Below are positions 40,166-52,859 of a DNA stretch of 64,000 nt, piece after piece. Positions within the stretch are counted from its first letter, which is position 1. Each line of letters opens with the position of its first letter. Under the pieces are notes generated by a model, which saw only the letters and a program-made list of their open reading frames with translations, did not search any database and was not told the DNA's origin. A program made the translations under genes and the position numbers. Source of the stretch: Octopus vulgaris (lineage: Eukaryota). Location of the stretch: contig OX597826.1 of the NCBI GenBank assembly GCA_951406725.2, positions 73,160,001 to 73,224,000 on the forward strand, given 5' to 3'.

Positions 40166-41689
40166 TTTAGTCAGACAAAGAGGTTGATATTATTTTACTA
40201 AACAACGTAGATCAATTCAAACTCTCAATTTCCATTCATTTCATCTTCCATACGTCAAATATTATCAAGAGAGGCATGCAGATCACAACTTAGAATTTCT
40301 TTTCCTCTAAAAGCATCAAATTTCCTACCTATGTAAGAAAGGCTTTCTTTCTTTCTTTCTTTTTTTAATAATGATCGCTTTGCCTATTAGCATAGACTGC
40401 AAAATAATCAATGCCAGCGCATACACCTCGCCACCGTTTCGTCTGCTAATACTCCATTGAAAATAGAACACTGCAACCGTGATTCCGTGCATTTGTCTAT
40501 TGAAAGACACAAGCAACTCAATTAAAGTATAACTTTTAAAGCTGTGATTATATTTCCTATATTATCAACTCTTCTGAATAATATAGCATCAGTCCAGGAT
40601 ATTCAATCAAATTCTTTCATCTTCTTTGAAGTAAACCTTATGAAATATGCTTTCAACTGATGAAAAATAACACCATTTACGTTATGTATTGAAGCATGCA
40701 ACATAACGGAGCGTGCCATCTCGTAGCTCCTTCGCTTTTATTATATTTTTTTCCTCTCATTTCTATTTCGCAGTCCGTAGGAGAGTTATTCTCTTTCTAA
40801 AAAATATATATATATATGTATAGACCCTTTTGTAGAATAATAGTGTATAATATTATTGTTTGTTGTGTTTTAATGTTTATTGTAGTTATATCCATATAAA
40901 ACTTCTTCCCGAAACCGTCTATTTAGCAACTGCATGCGTCTCCTGTTTAAATGGATATTCAAAATCGATGATTGGAATAATTGATTTACCACGTAGGTGT
41001 GCGCATGTATTTCTCGTTCTAAAAACCTCATTCCTCAACCATAAAAGAAATTCCCCACCCTCACAAAAAGAAATTCCAAGCTATCAAATTCCTCAGAAAA
41101 TTAAAACAAAGTTTTCTGAAATATCTGAACGGAAATGTCTCCCCAAATTTTTTCCCAATACTTTCGAAATATCTCGTCAAATTTCTGCATATTTCGTTAC
41201 ATGACGGCCATCACCGACCTCATTACTGGAGAGAAAAGAGCCGCGGTATTGTTTAGAAAATAATGGAAATCAATCTTATCATTCTTTGCAAAGTTAGTCA
41301 GTGTAGTTAGATGACAAACTCAACTCTGAACTAAGATTACTCATAGACAGTAAACTAACCATAACATCGACATTCACTTTAGATCTGAAATATATGTTCG
41401 GTTTCCAGACGTCATTTAATTTCAAGGAGTGAGCTTATCAAATACCGAAATCGCATTATGCATCGTTACTGTAAATATCACCCGATTCGTTTCATTGACT
41501 ACCATTGCAGTGACGACCAAATGATCCATTGTTCACCACTGCTGTTAGCACTGTCACTTTATTTCTTGCCTCTCACTGTTGTCACCTGATTTCTTGTCTA
41601 TCATTACGGTGAATGCCAACTTACACAAGCACTGCTAATACCACTACGTGGTCTATTTTTCGTATAGGAATAGTTTGGAAGTAAACAGA

Positions 41690-41980
41690 TGCAACATGTC
41701 TTCGCCGTCACATTTCGCCATGTGCAGCATATTCTCACCGATACCACACTTACTATATACAACATGTCTTCTCTGCCACATTTAACCAGGCACAATATTT
41801 CTCCGCCACACTTCACACACAGCACGTCCTCACCGTCATACTTATCCGCGCACAAAGTTTTTACCGTTACATTACACGCATGTTCTTACTGTCACACTAC
41901 ATAACATGGCTTCAATACTACACGACACAGCTTGTTTATACAGCTACTCTGCACATACAACATATCCTCGCTGTCAGGCT
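41690..41980. repeat. Diverged ~30-bp minisatellite
   Basis: Units like CAGCATGTCCTCACCGTCACACTTCACACA. Confidence 0.6.
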
Positions 41981-42981
41981 ACGCTCTTCACAATATGAAG
42001 GTAGTGAAGATCATATTAATATCGGAGTGAACTATTTTAAAATGGCGTTAAAAATCTCTTCTAAAATACTGTAGGGTTTGTTCGTTACGTTTATCGTACT
42101 CAGCAGTATAGCTATCTGGAACTTCCGGTTTGTCTACCGACAGTACTATCTTTGTTTACTCTAGTAAATCAATCGGATTTTAATTTGGCCTGTACATGTA
42201 TTCTCCTGATGATACTTTCACATGATTTCCGGTTATGCTTTTATTTAGCTCATCAGATTATGATGAATTAAGATGTGGTATTCCTCAACTGTGCAGATAT
42301 GACATTAATTTATTTTGTTTTTTCTAATCTCTTCCATTCTGGACTGTTTCGCTATCGAAATGGTAGACAAACAAATCATTTCCTTCTCTGTTTATGGTTC
42401 GACGAAGTTATCCCGTTTCTTTTTCCTCGTCCCAAAGTGAATATATGGTTGAGAAAAACAAATAGAAACTCTCTCTCTGCACACACCGACACAGTTTTTC
42501 TTCATTTGTACAAAACACACTGAGAGATTTTAATATTGTTCCTTAATTAATTGTTCTCTTTAAATATTTGCCATGAAATGAGCAGATTCCTGGCGCCCAA
42601 CGATTACTTTGTGGGACTAAAGGAAACTGCTCGAGGTTGCTGTTTTGTTTGTTCTTCAGACCTTGATAATTATAATGTTATCTACATTCTTTGTGAAGCT
42701 GCAACTACATTTCATGTTGTTGTTCTTAAATAACTTAACGTACTTATGGTTGGAAGGGAACTGACTCTTGAATAACACTAAGAATGCCTTGGCTCCATTA
42801 GTTACCATAGTCTTATTTAAAATGGACTAAACCAGTTGATAACAGGTTCAGTGAACTTTCTGCGCTACTACTCGCATCAGTTAAGAAGTTGATTATCTTT
42901 AAACATCGATTTTTGAGCAGTATTGAAATTATTGATTACTGTCTTGAAAGTGACCCTATCTAAAGAAGTCTGCGCGCGCGT

Positions 42982-43028
<47 letters not shown>

Positions 43029-43064
43029 TGTATGTGTGAGTGTGAGTGAGTGAGTGTGTGGTGT

Positions 43065-43560
43065 GTGTATAGGGTTTATTTGGACAAGTGATTTCTACTA
43101 TTACCCCGGGGTCGACCAATGTCTTGCGAGTGAATATAGTACACGGAAACTGTGTGGAAGCTCGTCATATATATAATGTGTGTGTGTGTGTGTTTGCATT
43201 TGTGTTTTGTCCCCTCACTGCTTGGCAACCGATGCTGGTTTGTTTACGCCCCCGTAACTTACCTGTTTCGGCAAAAAAAAAGACGAAAAAAAAAACTACG
43301 AAAGTTAAAAACTAAATACTGAGGTGGTGCTCCAGCATGACATATATAACCGACATGACATAATCATAGCTCTCTTCCATGTTTATCAATTTGTATGATT
43401 TGTCATCCATATGCTGTTGAAACAGCCGTAAGTATAGAATAAATATGACAGCAACAACGACATTCTTCACTTGTTATATACCTACCTACCTACAAACAAG
43501 GTGGCGCTCCGGCATGGCCGCAGTCCAATGAGTGAAATATGCCAAAGATAAAAGGTAAAA
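43065..43560 (+). mobile_element. OR-like SINE with a ~160-bp insertion at 43340-43498
   Basis: AGGTGGyGCTCCrGCATG duplicated at 43322-43339 and 43499-43516. Confidence 0.75.
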
Positions 43561-44074
43561 AGTAATGCGCATTCACTCCTTCTGCGTCTTTCCATATGGC
43601 CGCCCCTCGTCAGTGTCCACGTGTAATGTTTACAAGGTAATTTATGCTAAGATCGTTGGTAATAATAATTTTTGGACGAACTCGTAGAAAGCGAGGATCA
43701 AGTCATTGTCATATCTAGAAAGCTCGTTGGTATTAAGGTCTCGTGCTACAGAAATTGCCGCGTTAAATAAATATATGAACGTTGATTGTGACGAGAGAGT
43801 CGGGAAACATGGGTGTGTTTTTTGGAAGCGATGTCAAGAAACATAGGTGTTTTATGGAAGTGATGTCAAGAAAAGAAGGTCGATTTTAGAGTGGCGGTGC
43901 CGGCAAATGGGGAAGAAGAATTCGACGTGCATAGATAAAAGCTATTATGATTTTTTTTTTATTTTACTGTTAATGATACAGAGGTGTCCACAGATGGATC
44001 AGTGTTTATAGTGAGAGAAAAAAATAGGCAGAAAATAGGGGTATTGGGGACAGACAAAGGTTAGACAGAAGGGT

Positions 44075-44118
<44 letters not shown>

Positions 44119-45399
44119 CGAAGAGAGATGGGCGGGTAAATAAATAGATTGATAGGTAGGTAGGTAAATAGATAGGTAGGTAGATAGATTGTCAGGTAGA
44201 AAGAAGATGAAGATGAAAGAAAGAATAAAGGAAAAAAAGGAAGAAAGAAGGAAAGAATGAAAGAAAGAAAAGCAAGTAAGGAAGAAAGGAAGAATATAGG
44301 AGAGTGGAAAGTGTATTAGGTTTTCTGTAAATAACCAGCTCAGCCTGCACATCTCTGCAACAATAGATGCAAGAGTTTTGTGCAGCAGTTTAATTAAAGA
44401 CTGCACATAGAGTGTCATTGTGTTCTAGGTGCAGCAGAGAGTAGAGGGAACGGGGAGGGGATATATTGTGGTAGGTATGTTTTGTGATCTATGTTCGATA
44501 CGATGTGTGTGTGTGTGTGTGTGTATGAAATTACTTATAAATGTATTATATATATAAAACTATATATTATATTTACATATATAATTACACACACACATAT
44601 ATATATATGTGTATGTATGTATGTATGAATATATATTATATATATATATTATATTATATATATATATGTATTATATATAATTATATATAAATATATTATA
44701 TCTATATTTTTATATATTATATATATGTATATTTATATATATATATATTATATATTATATATATATGTATGTATATACATATTATATATATATACATATC
44801 ATATATATATGTATATACATATATATATATATGTATGTATATACATATATATATGTATATATTATATATATATATAAATATAATTTTAGACATATAATAT
44901 ATATATATATTTTTTTTGTATGCACATATATATGTGTATATATATACATGTATGTATGTAGGTATGTATGAATGCATACAGTGATGCGTATGAGTACATG
45001 TGTGTGTGTGTGTGTGTGTTTGTGTAAATTATATGACATAATTAGATAATTGTGTTGAAGTCCAAATCAACAATACAAAATGTTCTAAATGGAAGTTCAC
45101 AATAGTTCAATTTTGACTGTCTATTGTAGATTTACTGTAGATTTATTTAGATTTATTGAAGGTTTATTAAATAAGATTATACCTTCGCAAATATGAGCCA
45201 CAACACATCAAAAGTTTAGACATATATACATATTTACACACATTAACACATCTTTACATATTCACACATACACGTGTACATAGACACACGCGAATACGCG
45301 TGCATACATACATATAAAGTAGAAAGCATTAAAAAAAAAGCCAAAATCTATTTTCTAGAGATTTGCAAATGAAACATCTTCAATGCCATAGAAAACCGG

Positions 45400-47100
45400 G
45401 ACATTGCTTAAAGTAGATGCTTCGCTGGCTGCAGATCCTTAAAAGGTATGTGAAATACAAAATGAATAATTCAACAGTGTTTTGACAATCGCGCTGGAAC
45501 ATATATGCAAATAGCTAAGCGAGACGAGATCTTCAATACTGCAACTTTATGTAAGTACGCCGTAACCATGAATTACAGCGGTATACAGGATGTAGTATTA
45601 GCCATAGATAGAATATATATAAAGTAGCAACAGGTTCTGATACTTTCTGAACAATTCTCCTAAAAAAACATATGAAAGGACCTTAACCTAAACTATTTCA
45701 GTTATTTTTCCAAAACTTCCTGGGAAGAAGTATACTGCTAAAAACATAAAATAAAATGAAAAGGTTAAAGAAGGCTGTAGTAGCTGAAGATTATAGAGCT
45801 ATCTCACCGATTTCGTGTATCAGCAAGGTCGTGAAATGAATTATCAAAGAGAAAATGATTAGAATTTATGGCACTGATTTAGGTGGCACTCTATTGTGCT
45901 TAAGGTACCACTCACTTCATTCTGAGTCGGGGTTAGATGCTGCATTACCTTGCTACACAAAGGAATATTAGCTCGTTAATATCCTGCCGAAAAACAGCAT
46001 AATAGATTTATATGGAGTTAATGCCAGCGCATTCAAACAATGCTTGAATATGATAGTAAGATCGCAGAAAAGCCTGTCACAACAGGAGATGTATGTGAGG
46101 ACAAGAGCATCAAATTCTCTCATTCGCCTACACCAAGGACAACGAACTTGTAAGGAAGCCTCTACGTGGCTGTTCGAGCTGCAACTAATAGCAGCTAAAT
46201 TTTCCTCAAATATTACAGAAGGACCTTAAAATGGTTAAATATACAGGGTAGATAATACTGAATGCAATATGTTTCAAGAAAAGTAAAAGATATATACACG
46301 ACAGATAGAAATATTTTAAGTTGATTCACGGAAGCAGGACTTTCAGTGAACATAGAAGAATGAGGAGGTATCAGGAAGGCCAGAGTCATATGAATTTCAA
46401 CCATCAATGTTTTAGATTGAGAATATCTTACTATTATTGCAGTGGAAGTCAAAAGTTATATAAAAGAATGAGCTAACCCAAACAATGGACTATTCCAAGT
46501 ATATGCTATTAGAAAAAACAAGACTATGTTCTTGCAGAAAGAGTGCCTTCACTCACTATTGTAAATTGCTGTGTTGCTTATATAATCTGGTGTATTGCTA
46601 TTTGGCTCGTTCCTCGTTACTTAGAGCTCCCCCTTTCAACAAGATACAACAAATTTGATGTGCCATCAGAGAACGACAGTAGCTACGAATCTGCATGAAG
46701 TGGGTTTTAATGTATCTACTCAATACGTACCCCAACACACATTTACAAATATTCCAGAAAAATGGAGGGAAATTGACAACAGGCAATATCGTTGTAATAT
46801 ACCCCTTTCCATACACCACGGATACGCACAAAATACTTTTAAACATAAACGTTTTACATACAAAATTCAGATTGTAAACAACCCAATAGAAATCTAAAAA
46901 TATTTGCAATACAGCACGCTAACGGCATTGATAACATTTTTATGGAGTCAAATGATTTTATCATCATACACGGCATCCACATTGAAATAATACAGAAAAA
47001 TATTCTTACTCCAAAAACATAAAGCTCCCAGCATTCCAAATATGCTCAAATAAGACTAGAGAGATCTTATCGATGTGGTATGAGATGAACTTTATAGCAG
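45400..47100 (+). mobile_element. Decayed CR1/Jockey-group LINE reverse transcriptase remnant (boundaries uncertain)
   Basis: EDYRAISPISCISKVVK*IIKE at ~45786-45851 matches the RT motif NYRPISLLSCISKVLERII; the rest is weak. Confidence 0.45.
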
Positions 47101-47826
47101 TATACATTTTTTTTAAAATCTGCATTCAATATATATAGACATACGTTAATGATATTCATAAACCAATAGATGGAGACACTGAGCGACAAATGCAGGCTTT
47201 TAAAATAAAACGAGCAGCATGAAGCACATTAACATAATAAACCGGAACACACACATAGACATCACACGTGCGCATGTATTGGTATTTATTTATTTATTTA
47301 TTTATCTATTTATTTATTTATTTATTTATTTATTCATCAAGGTTTTGACAAGATGAACGTGTGTCTTTTGTTTTATAATAAATATTATATAACCGTCATG
47401 ACATAAATTAGCTCTCTTCCATGTATATCAGCTTGTACGATTTGTCATCCATATGCTGTTGAAACGGCTGTAAACTATGGAATAAATGTGATAGCAACAA
47501 TAACATTCTTCGCTATACGTACCTTCCTATAACAATATACGTACATTCCTACCCACCTACCTACCCACCTACTTACCTACCTACCTACTTACCTACCTAC
47601 CTACCTACCTACCTACCTACCTACCTACCTACCTACCTACCTACCTGCCTGCCTACCTACCTATCTACCTACATACCAACATATATACAGGGTGGACCGA
47701 AAGTCACGCACCAAGACTAAAACTCATGTAATAATATACAGCATATATATTTTTTTCCTAAAATTCAATAAAATGAATAAAATAATGATGAATATACACT
47801 TACTTGTACATGATGAATAAAAGGAA

Positions 47827-47913
<87 letters not shown>

Positions 47914-47915
<2 letters not shown>

Positions 47916-48282
47916 GGTTGTTCCGAAAATAATGGCCGATTTCAGAAATATAATTTTATTCTGGAAAAATTAACAATAGAAATGTTTTGATTAGTCAAAG
48001 TATGAGCAGTGAACATCTATGCATCTCTGCCATCGATCAACGAGATTCTTTATGCCTGGTTGATAAAAACTTATTGGCTTCGATGCTACGAAATCTTTGA
48101 AAGCTGATTCCACCTCTGGTTTGGACTTGAAAGCTTTATCAATTAAAAAACGTGTTGAAATGCTTAAAAAATGGAAGTCAGCTGGTGAAAGATCAGGAGA
48201 ATATGGAGGATGTGGTAAAGTCTCGTATCTCAAGTCTGTGAGTTTCTGCGGCGTCATTCTTGCAACATGTGGCTTTGCATTT
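47914..48282 (-). mobile_element. Mariner element 3' fragment with one TIR
   Basis: NAKPH..LPHPPYSPDLSPADFHF..GIKNLVDRWQRCID..SYFD* (DD34D-type YSPDL motif); TIR-like TAGGTTGTTCCGAAAATAATGGCCGATTT abutting (TAA)n. Confidence 0.9.
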
Positions 48283-48527
48283 TAAAGAGATGCCCCAGCA
48301 TGGCCGCAGTCAAAATAACTGAAACAAGCAAAAGAATAAGAGTGTTCAACAGTTTCTCTTCTTTAACAACAGAAATGAATGAGTGTGTGTGTGTGTGTGT
48401 GTGTGTGTTTTCCAGAACTGTATGTTTCATGAAGCCCTAAACCAAATTCTAACTGAACTCTAGAGAAATACCTGACGTTGCCTGGGAAATCATGTACGCA
48501 GTCAGTAACACACACACACACACGCAC

Positions 48528-48561
<34 letters not shown>

Positions 48562-48563
<2 letters not shown>

Positions 48564-48921
48564 GTCCAGACCACCAGCCCTCTCTCACACGCACATACAT
48601 ACTCTCTTATACACACACGCACCTTCGTGTTGGGGCGAAGTCACTTGACCCTGTTATCTCCCCTACTATCCCTCTAGCGTCTAACGTCTGACCTCTGAAC
48701 TCTGACTTCTGCCTGAATTCAGAACGCCATGATAGACCGTTAGCTCCCACACGCATTTTTTCTCTCCTTGTTTCTTTTCTGTGTATCTTTCTGTCGAAGA
48801 TCGTAGGCTCGAAACGTAAAAGACTTGTTCTATTTCTATTCCTGAGCGCCATACTAATTCATTTGTTTGTTTGTACTCCACCTGCCTTCGTCTTTTGTTT
48901 ATTTTCGTAAACCTTCCCGTC
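48562..48921 (+). mobile_element. Penelope-like element terminal (pLTR) fragment
   Basis: Contains a hammerhead-like motif at 48786-48823; the last ~90 bp recur at 58155-58245; both end CTTCCCGT followed by (TA)n. Confidence 0.6.
48786..48823 (+). ncRNA. Minimal hammerhead-like motif with variant core
   Basis: UCUUU-CUGUCGA-A-GAUC(GUAG)GCUC-GAAA-CG-UA/AAAGA; core A6-to-U and a stem II mismatch. Confidence 0.45.
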
Positions 48922-49219
48922 ATATATATATATATATATAAACGCGGAGTAGATGAAACAGGGACAACTGAAGAAGGGGAATATTCTTTATGTTGCATCT
49001 CTCGTTTCTCTGTTTGTTTTTCGTTGTTCGAAAAAAAGTTCGTTTTCTATGTTTTTGTTTTTATGTTTTCGTTTCTCATTATGTTCAGCATTTTTTATAT
49101 GTCCTGTACCCATATATGCATGTATATATACATATATATGTAGGTATGTACATATATGTATGTATATATGCATATATTTATATATTATTTACATTATCAT
49201 ATGTATATATATACATATG

Positions 49220-49275
<56 letters not shown>

Positions 49276-49345
49276 GTATGTATATTATGTAAAAAAAAGT
49301 GATGACAAAGGGATTAAGCGATTATATTATAGATTTCATGTTTGA

Positions 49346-49426
49346 AGCTTTGATGAAAATATAAGTTGTTACTCAGGCATTCGATTATGAGTCAAACGCA
49401 TCTTATAGCGGAAACAACTGTAAGCT
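49346..49426 (+). ncRNA. Degenerate hammerhead-like motif
   Basis: AGCU-UUGAUGA..UAUAAG...CUUAUA..GAAA-CAACUG-UA/AGCU; C3-to-U and eroded stem II base. Confidence 0.45.
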
Positions 49427-49722
49427 AATGAAGTTCATAAGATAACCATTGTTTTTCTTGTGACCGCTCTGTACACGAGCAACGCTTCGTTCAGAAGTAT
49501 ATCTATATTGAGTTCTACACCAGGCTATTAGTATCACAATGCCTAAGCGATATATATATATATATACAAATTATAAAAAAACACCTTTTATCAATTCAAA
49601 ATTATATTACACCATCTAGAAAATTACATATAATAGAAATATTAAAATTTAAATAACAATAAAATACCGATGATTAAGTAAATTGCAAAAAAAAATAATA
49701 AAAACATATATAATTGGTAGAA

Positions 49723-49823
49723 TAACGACACGTGTTTCGTGGCTATATTTAAGAAATGGGTATAGTAAAAAAATTAATAGTAGTAAAATCACTTCGATAT
49801 AAATATAGCCACTCATCAGGTTA
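49723..49823 (-). ncRNA. Type-I hammerhead ribozyme with canonical core
   Basis: UAAC-CUGAUGA-GUGGCUAUAUUU(~50-nt loop)AAAUAUAGCCAC-GAAA-CACGUG-UC/GUUA: 4-bp stem I, perfect 12-bp stem II, palindromic stem III, GUC cleavage triplet. Confidence 0.85.
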
Positions 49824-49922
49824 AAAATAAACTAGAATAATAAAATAAATAATTAATAAATATACTTTAAAATATATATATATATATATATATAACCATT
49901 ATTTTTCCCTCAAATAATGATA

Positions 49923-49964
<42 letters not shown>

Positions 49965-50143
49965 ATATATATATATATATAATAATTATTATTATTTCAG
50001 GGAAAAATAATGGTTATATATATATTTTTTAAGTATATTTATTTATTAATTATTTTATTATTCTAGTTTAATTTTAACCTGATGAGTGGCAATATTTATA
50101 TCGAAGTGATTTTACTACTACTATTAATTTTTTTACTATAACC

Positions 50144-50200
<57 letters not shown>

Positions 50201-50462
50201 CATATATATATATACATAAATATACATATATATATACATACATATATACATATACATATATATATATACATACATATATACATATACATATATATGTATA
50301 TATATACATACATACATATACATATATATATATATACATATATAGATATATATATACAGACATATACATATATGCATGCATACATACACACACACACGCA
50401 CGCACACACACACACTCACATACACACACACATATATATATTTATTTTTATATATTAAGAGA

Positions 50463-50612
50463 AAGAAAATGAGGTGGTCGGAAATTTGGATAATTATACA
50501 TTTAGCGCTTTCATCTCTTTCTGAGAGAATTATCATTCCTGATAATTCTGTCACAAAGACATGAAAGTGTTAAATAAGTGATTATCCGAAATTCTGACAA
50601 CCTCATCTTTCT
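50463..50612. mobile_element. Short palindromic MITE-like element
   Basis: AAGAAAATGAGGTGGTCGGAAATTTGGATAAT is an imperfect inverse of ATTATCCGAAATTCTGACAACCTCATCTTTCTT. Confidence 0.6.
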
Positions 50613-50949
50613 TAATACATTAAATCTGTACACAACTTCAAACAATCTCTCTATCTCTTTCTCTCTCTCTCTCTTCCTCCCTCTCTCTTTCTACGCACAT
50701 ACACACACACACATATATATTCTTCGCTTTCTTTTCGTTTTTCGTAATCCTTACAAACATTACCTGCGTTGCAGTAACCCACGCTCTGTAATAGATAATA
50801 ACGCAGTGACGTTCCAATGGTGAAATCATAGTTAATGTAATTTTTTACAATGTATTTGAAATGTATACCAAATGACAATACACTTAGAATATAGGGTCGA
50901 GTCGTGCAATAAGCACTCATATCTCATGCCTTTTAAGTTTATCTTTCCT

Positions 50950-51200
50950 CTTTTTCTTTCATGATCATTAAACTGCGGCCATGCTGGGGCACCGCCTTGT
51001 AGATTTTACCGAATTAAATCGAGCCTAATATTTATTTTTCGTATGTGGTACTTAGTCTTGTTTGCTCAAACGCTAAGTTACAGGTACGTAAACAAACCAG
51101 CACCGGTTGTCAAGGGATGAAAGGAGAAAACACAACCACAAAGACGCGCGCGCACACACACACACACACACAAATACAAATATACGCATAATCACAGACA
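50950..51200 (-). mobile_element. OR-like SINE 3' half
   Basis: CTGCGGCCATGCTGGGGCACCGCC..CGCTAAGTTAC..CACCGGTTGTCAAG. Confidence 0.75.
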
Positions 51201-51206
51201 CATATA

Positions 51207-52842
51207 CAATATCTCACAGAAGTATGTACACCCCTAAAAATTTTCTGTAAATTGCTACTAGCCTGATAATATAGAAGGAAATCAAATAAATAAAACATAT
51301 TATACATGCAAACATTATACAAATTGGGAACACAAAACAATAAATATTTTCAAAGATATGAACGAAATATGAATTTTCAAACATTACAAAAATATGCACA
51401 CCCTAAAGGAAATTTACAATATTCAATATTTTTATCCACTTTTTTTTTATTAATTCAGATATTGTTGATAATTTCAGTTCTAATAAATTATTCCTCCTGG
51501 CATTTTTGCACTGGTCATTGTTATTGCATCTGCAGGAATTCTGATTTGTTACCGTGGTGAAATTTTTTTCCACTGTGATTAAAATGGCACCAAAAAGGGA
51601 AAAAATTGTCTGAAAATTTGAAGAAAATTATTTTTAATTTGCACAAGAATGGTTCAGGATACAGGCTAATTAGCAAACGAATACATGTTAGCGTAAATAC
51701 AGTTGGCAAAGAAGTAATTCAGAAATACAAAGCTACCGGACAGCTAAGCAATAAACATCGCCCAGGTCGTCCTTCTATTTTAACTACGCGTGATATTCGC
51801 CACATCCAACATCACGTTATGGACGACAGGCGTCGCACCGCTTCACTTTTGACTCAAGAAGTGTCTTCTGCTAGTAGAAAGAGTGTATACCTCCAAACAC
51901 TTCGCCGAAGTCTGAACCAGTGTGGTCTTCATGGATGCATTCCTCGTAGGAAACCTCTCTTCACTACCAGGCATAAATCAAGTCGTCTTTCTTTTTCCGA
52001 AACCTATGTGAGTAAGGGGAAGGAATTTTGGAATATAATTCTTTTTTTTCCTGACGAGATTAAAATCAACTTGTTTGGGTCAGATGATATTAAACGAGTA
52101 TGGCGACGACCAGGTGAAGATAATAGCGACGAAGGCACCGTGCTTACCGTGAAATACGGCGGCGGAAGTGTTATGCTTTGGGGATGCATGAGTGTAGCTG
52201 GTGTGGTAGGACTCACATTTATTGAGAGAACAATGGATTCTAGGCTTTATTGTGACATATTGCAGAAAACAACGTTGAAAAGCGTCAAGGAACTAGGAAG
52301 ATATTCCATGTTCCAACATGATAATGACCCTAAACACACTTCAAAGATGACGACTAAGATTTTGTCAGATAAAAAGGTAAAGGTATTGCCTTGGCCTACC
52401 ATGTAACCCGATTTAAATCCAATAGAACATCTGTGGAGTGTTTTGAATAGGAAGTTTGAAGAGCAAAAACCCTGCAATGTAACACAGTTGAAAGACATCA
52501 TTCATAATGAATGGAGGTCGATTTCATCGGTTATGCGCGGAAATTTAGCCAACTCTATGCCCAGAAGACTTAATGCAGTCATTTGAAGCAAGGATGGTCG
52601 CACTAAATATTGAATATAATAAACAATCCTCTAGGGTGTACATATCTTTGCATCGTTTGAAAATTAATATTTCGTTCATATCTTTAAAATATTTATTGTT
52701 TTGTGTTCCAAAGTTGTATAATGTTTGAATGCATAATATATTTTATTCAGTATAAATTTCGTTTGATTTCCTTCGATGTTATCAGAGTAATGGTAAATTT
52801 ACTGAAAAGTTTTAGGAGTGTACATACTTCTGCGAGATACTA
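51207..52842 (+). mobile_element. Near full-length Tc1 (DD34E) transposon with long IR/DR-type TIRs
   Basis: ~205-bp imperfect TIRs (51207-51410 / 52627-52842) beginning CAATATCTCACAGAAGTATGTACAC; TA on both sides; inner repeat ATATGCACACCCTA. Confidence 0.95.
51584..52613 (+). pseudogene. Tc1 transposase pseudogene
   Basis: HTH region, GRP motif, FPDE, KYGGGSVMLWGCM, FQHDNDPKH, WPTM*PDLNPIEHLW with 34 residues between D and E; frameshift after the ATG at 51584 and stops at 52404 and ~52584. Confidence 0.95.
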
Positions 52843-52859
52843 TATATAAACAATATTGT

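Noticed and set aside
47688-47715. CAGGGTGGACCGAAAGTCACGCAC after TA, resembling a Tc1/mariner TIR
   Set aside because: No partner TIR found in the window
48965-49000. CTGAAGA followed by a short hairpin
   Set aside because: No GAAA, stem III or cleavage triplet downstream
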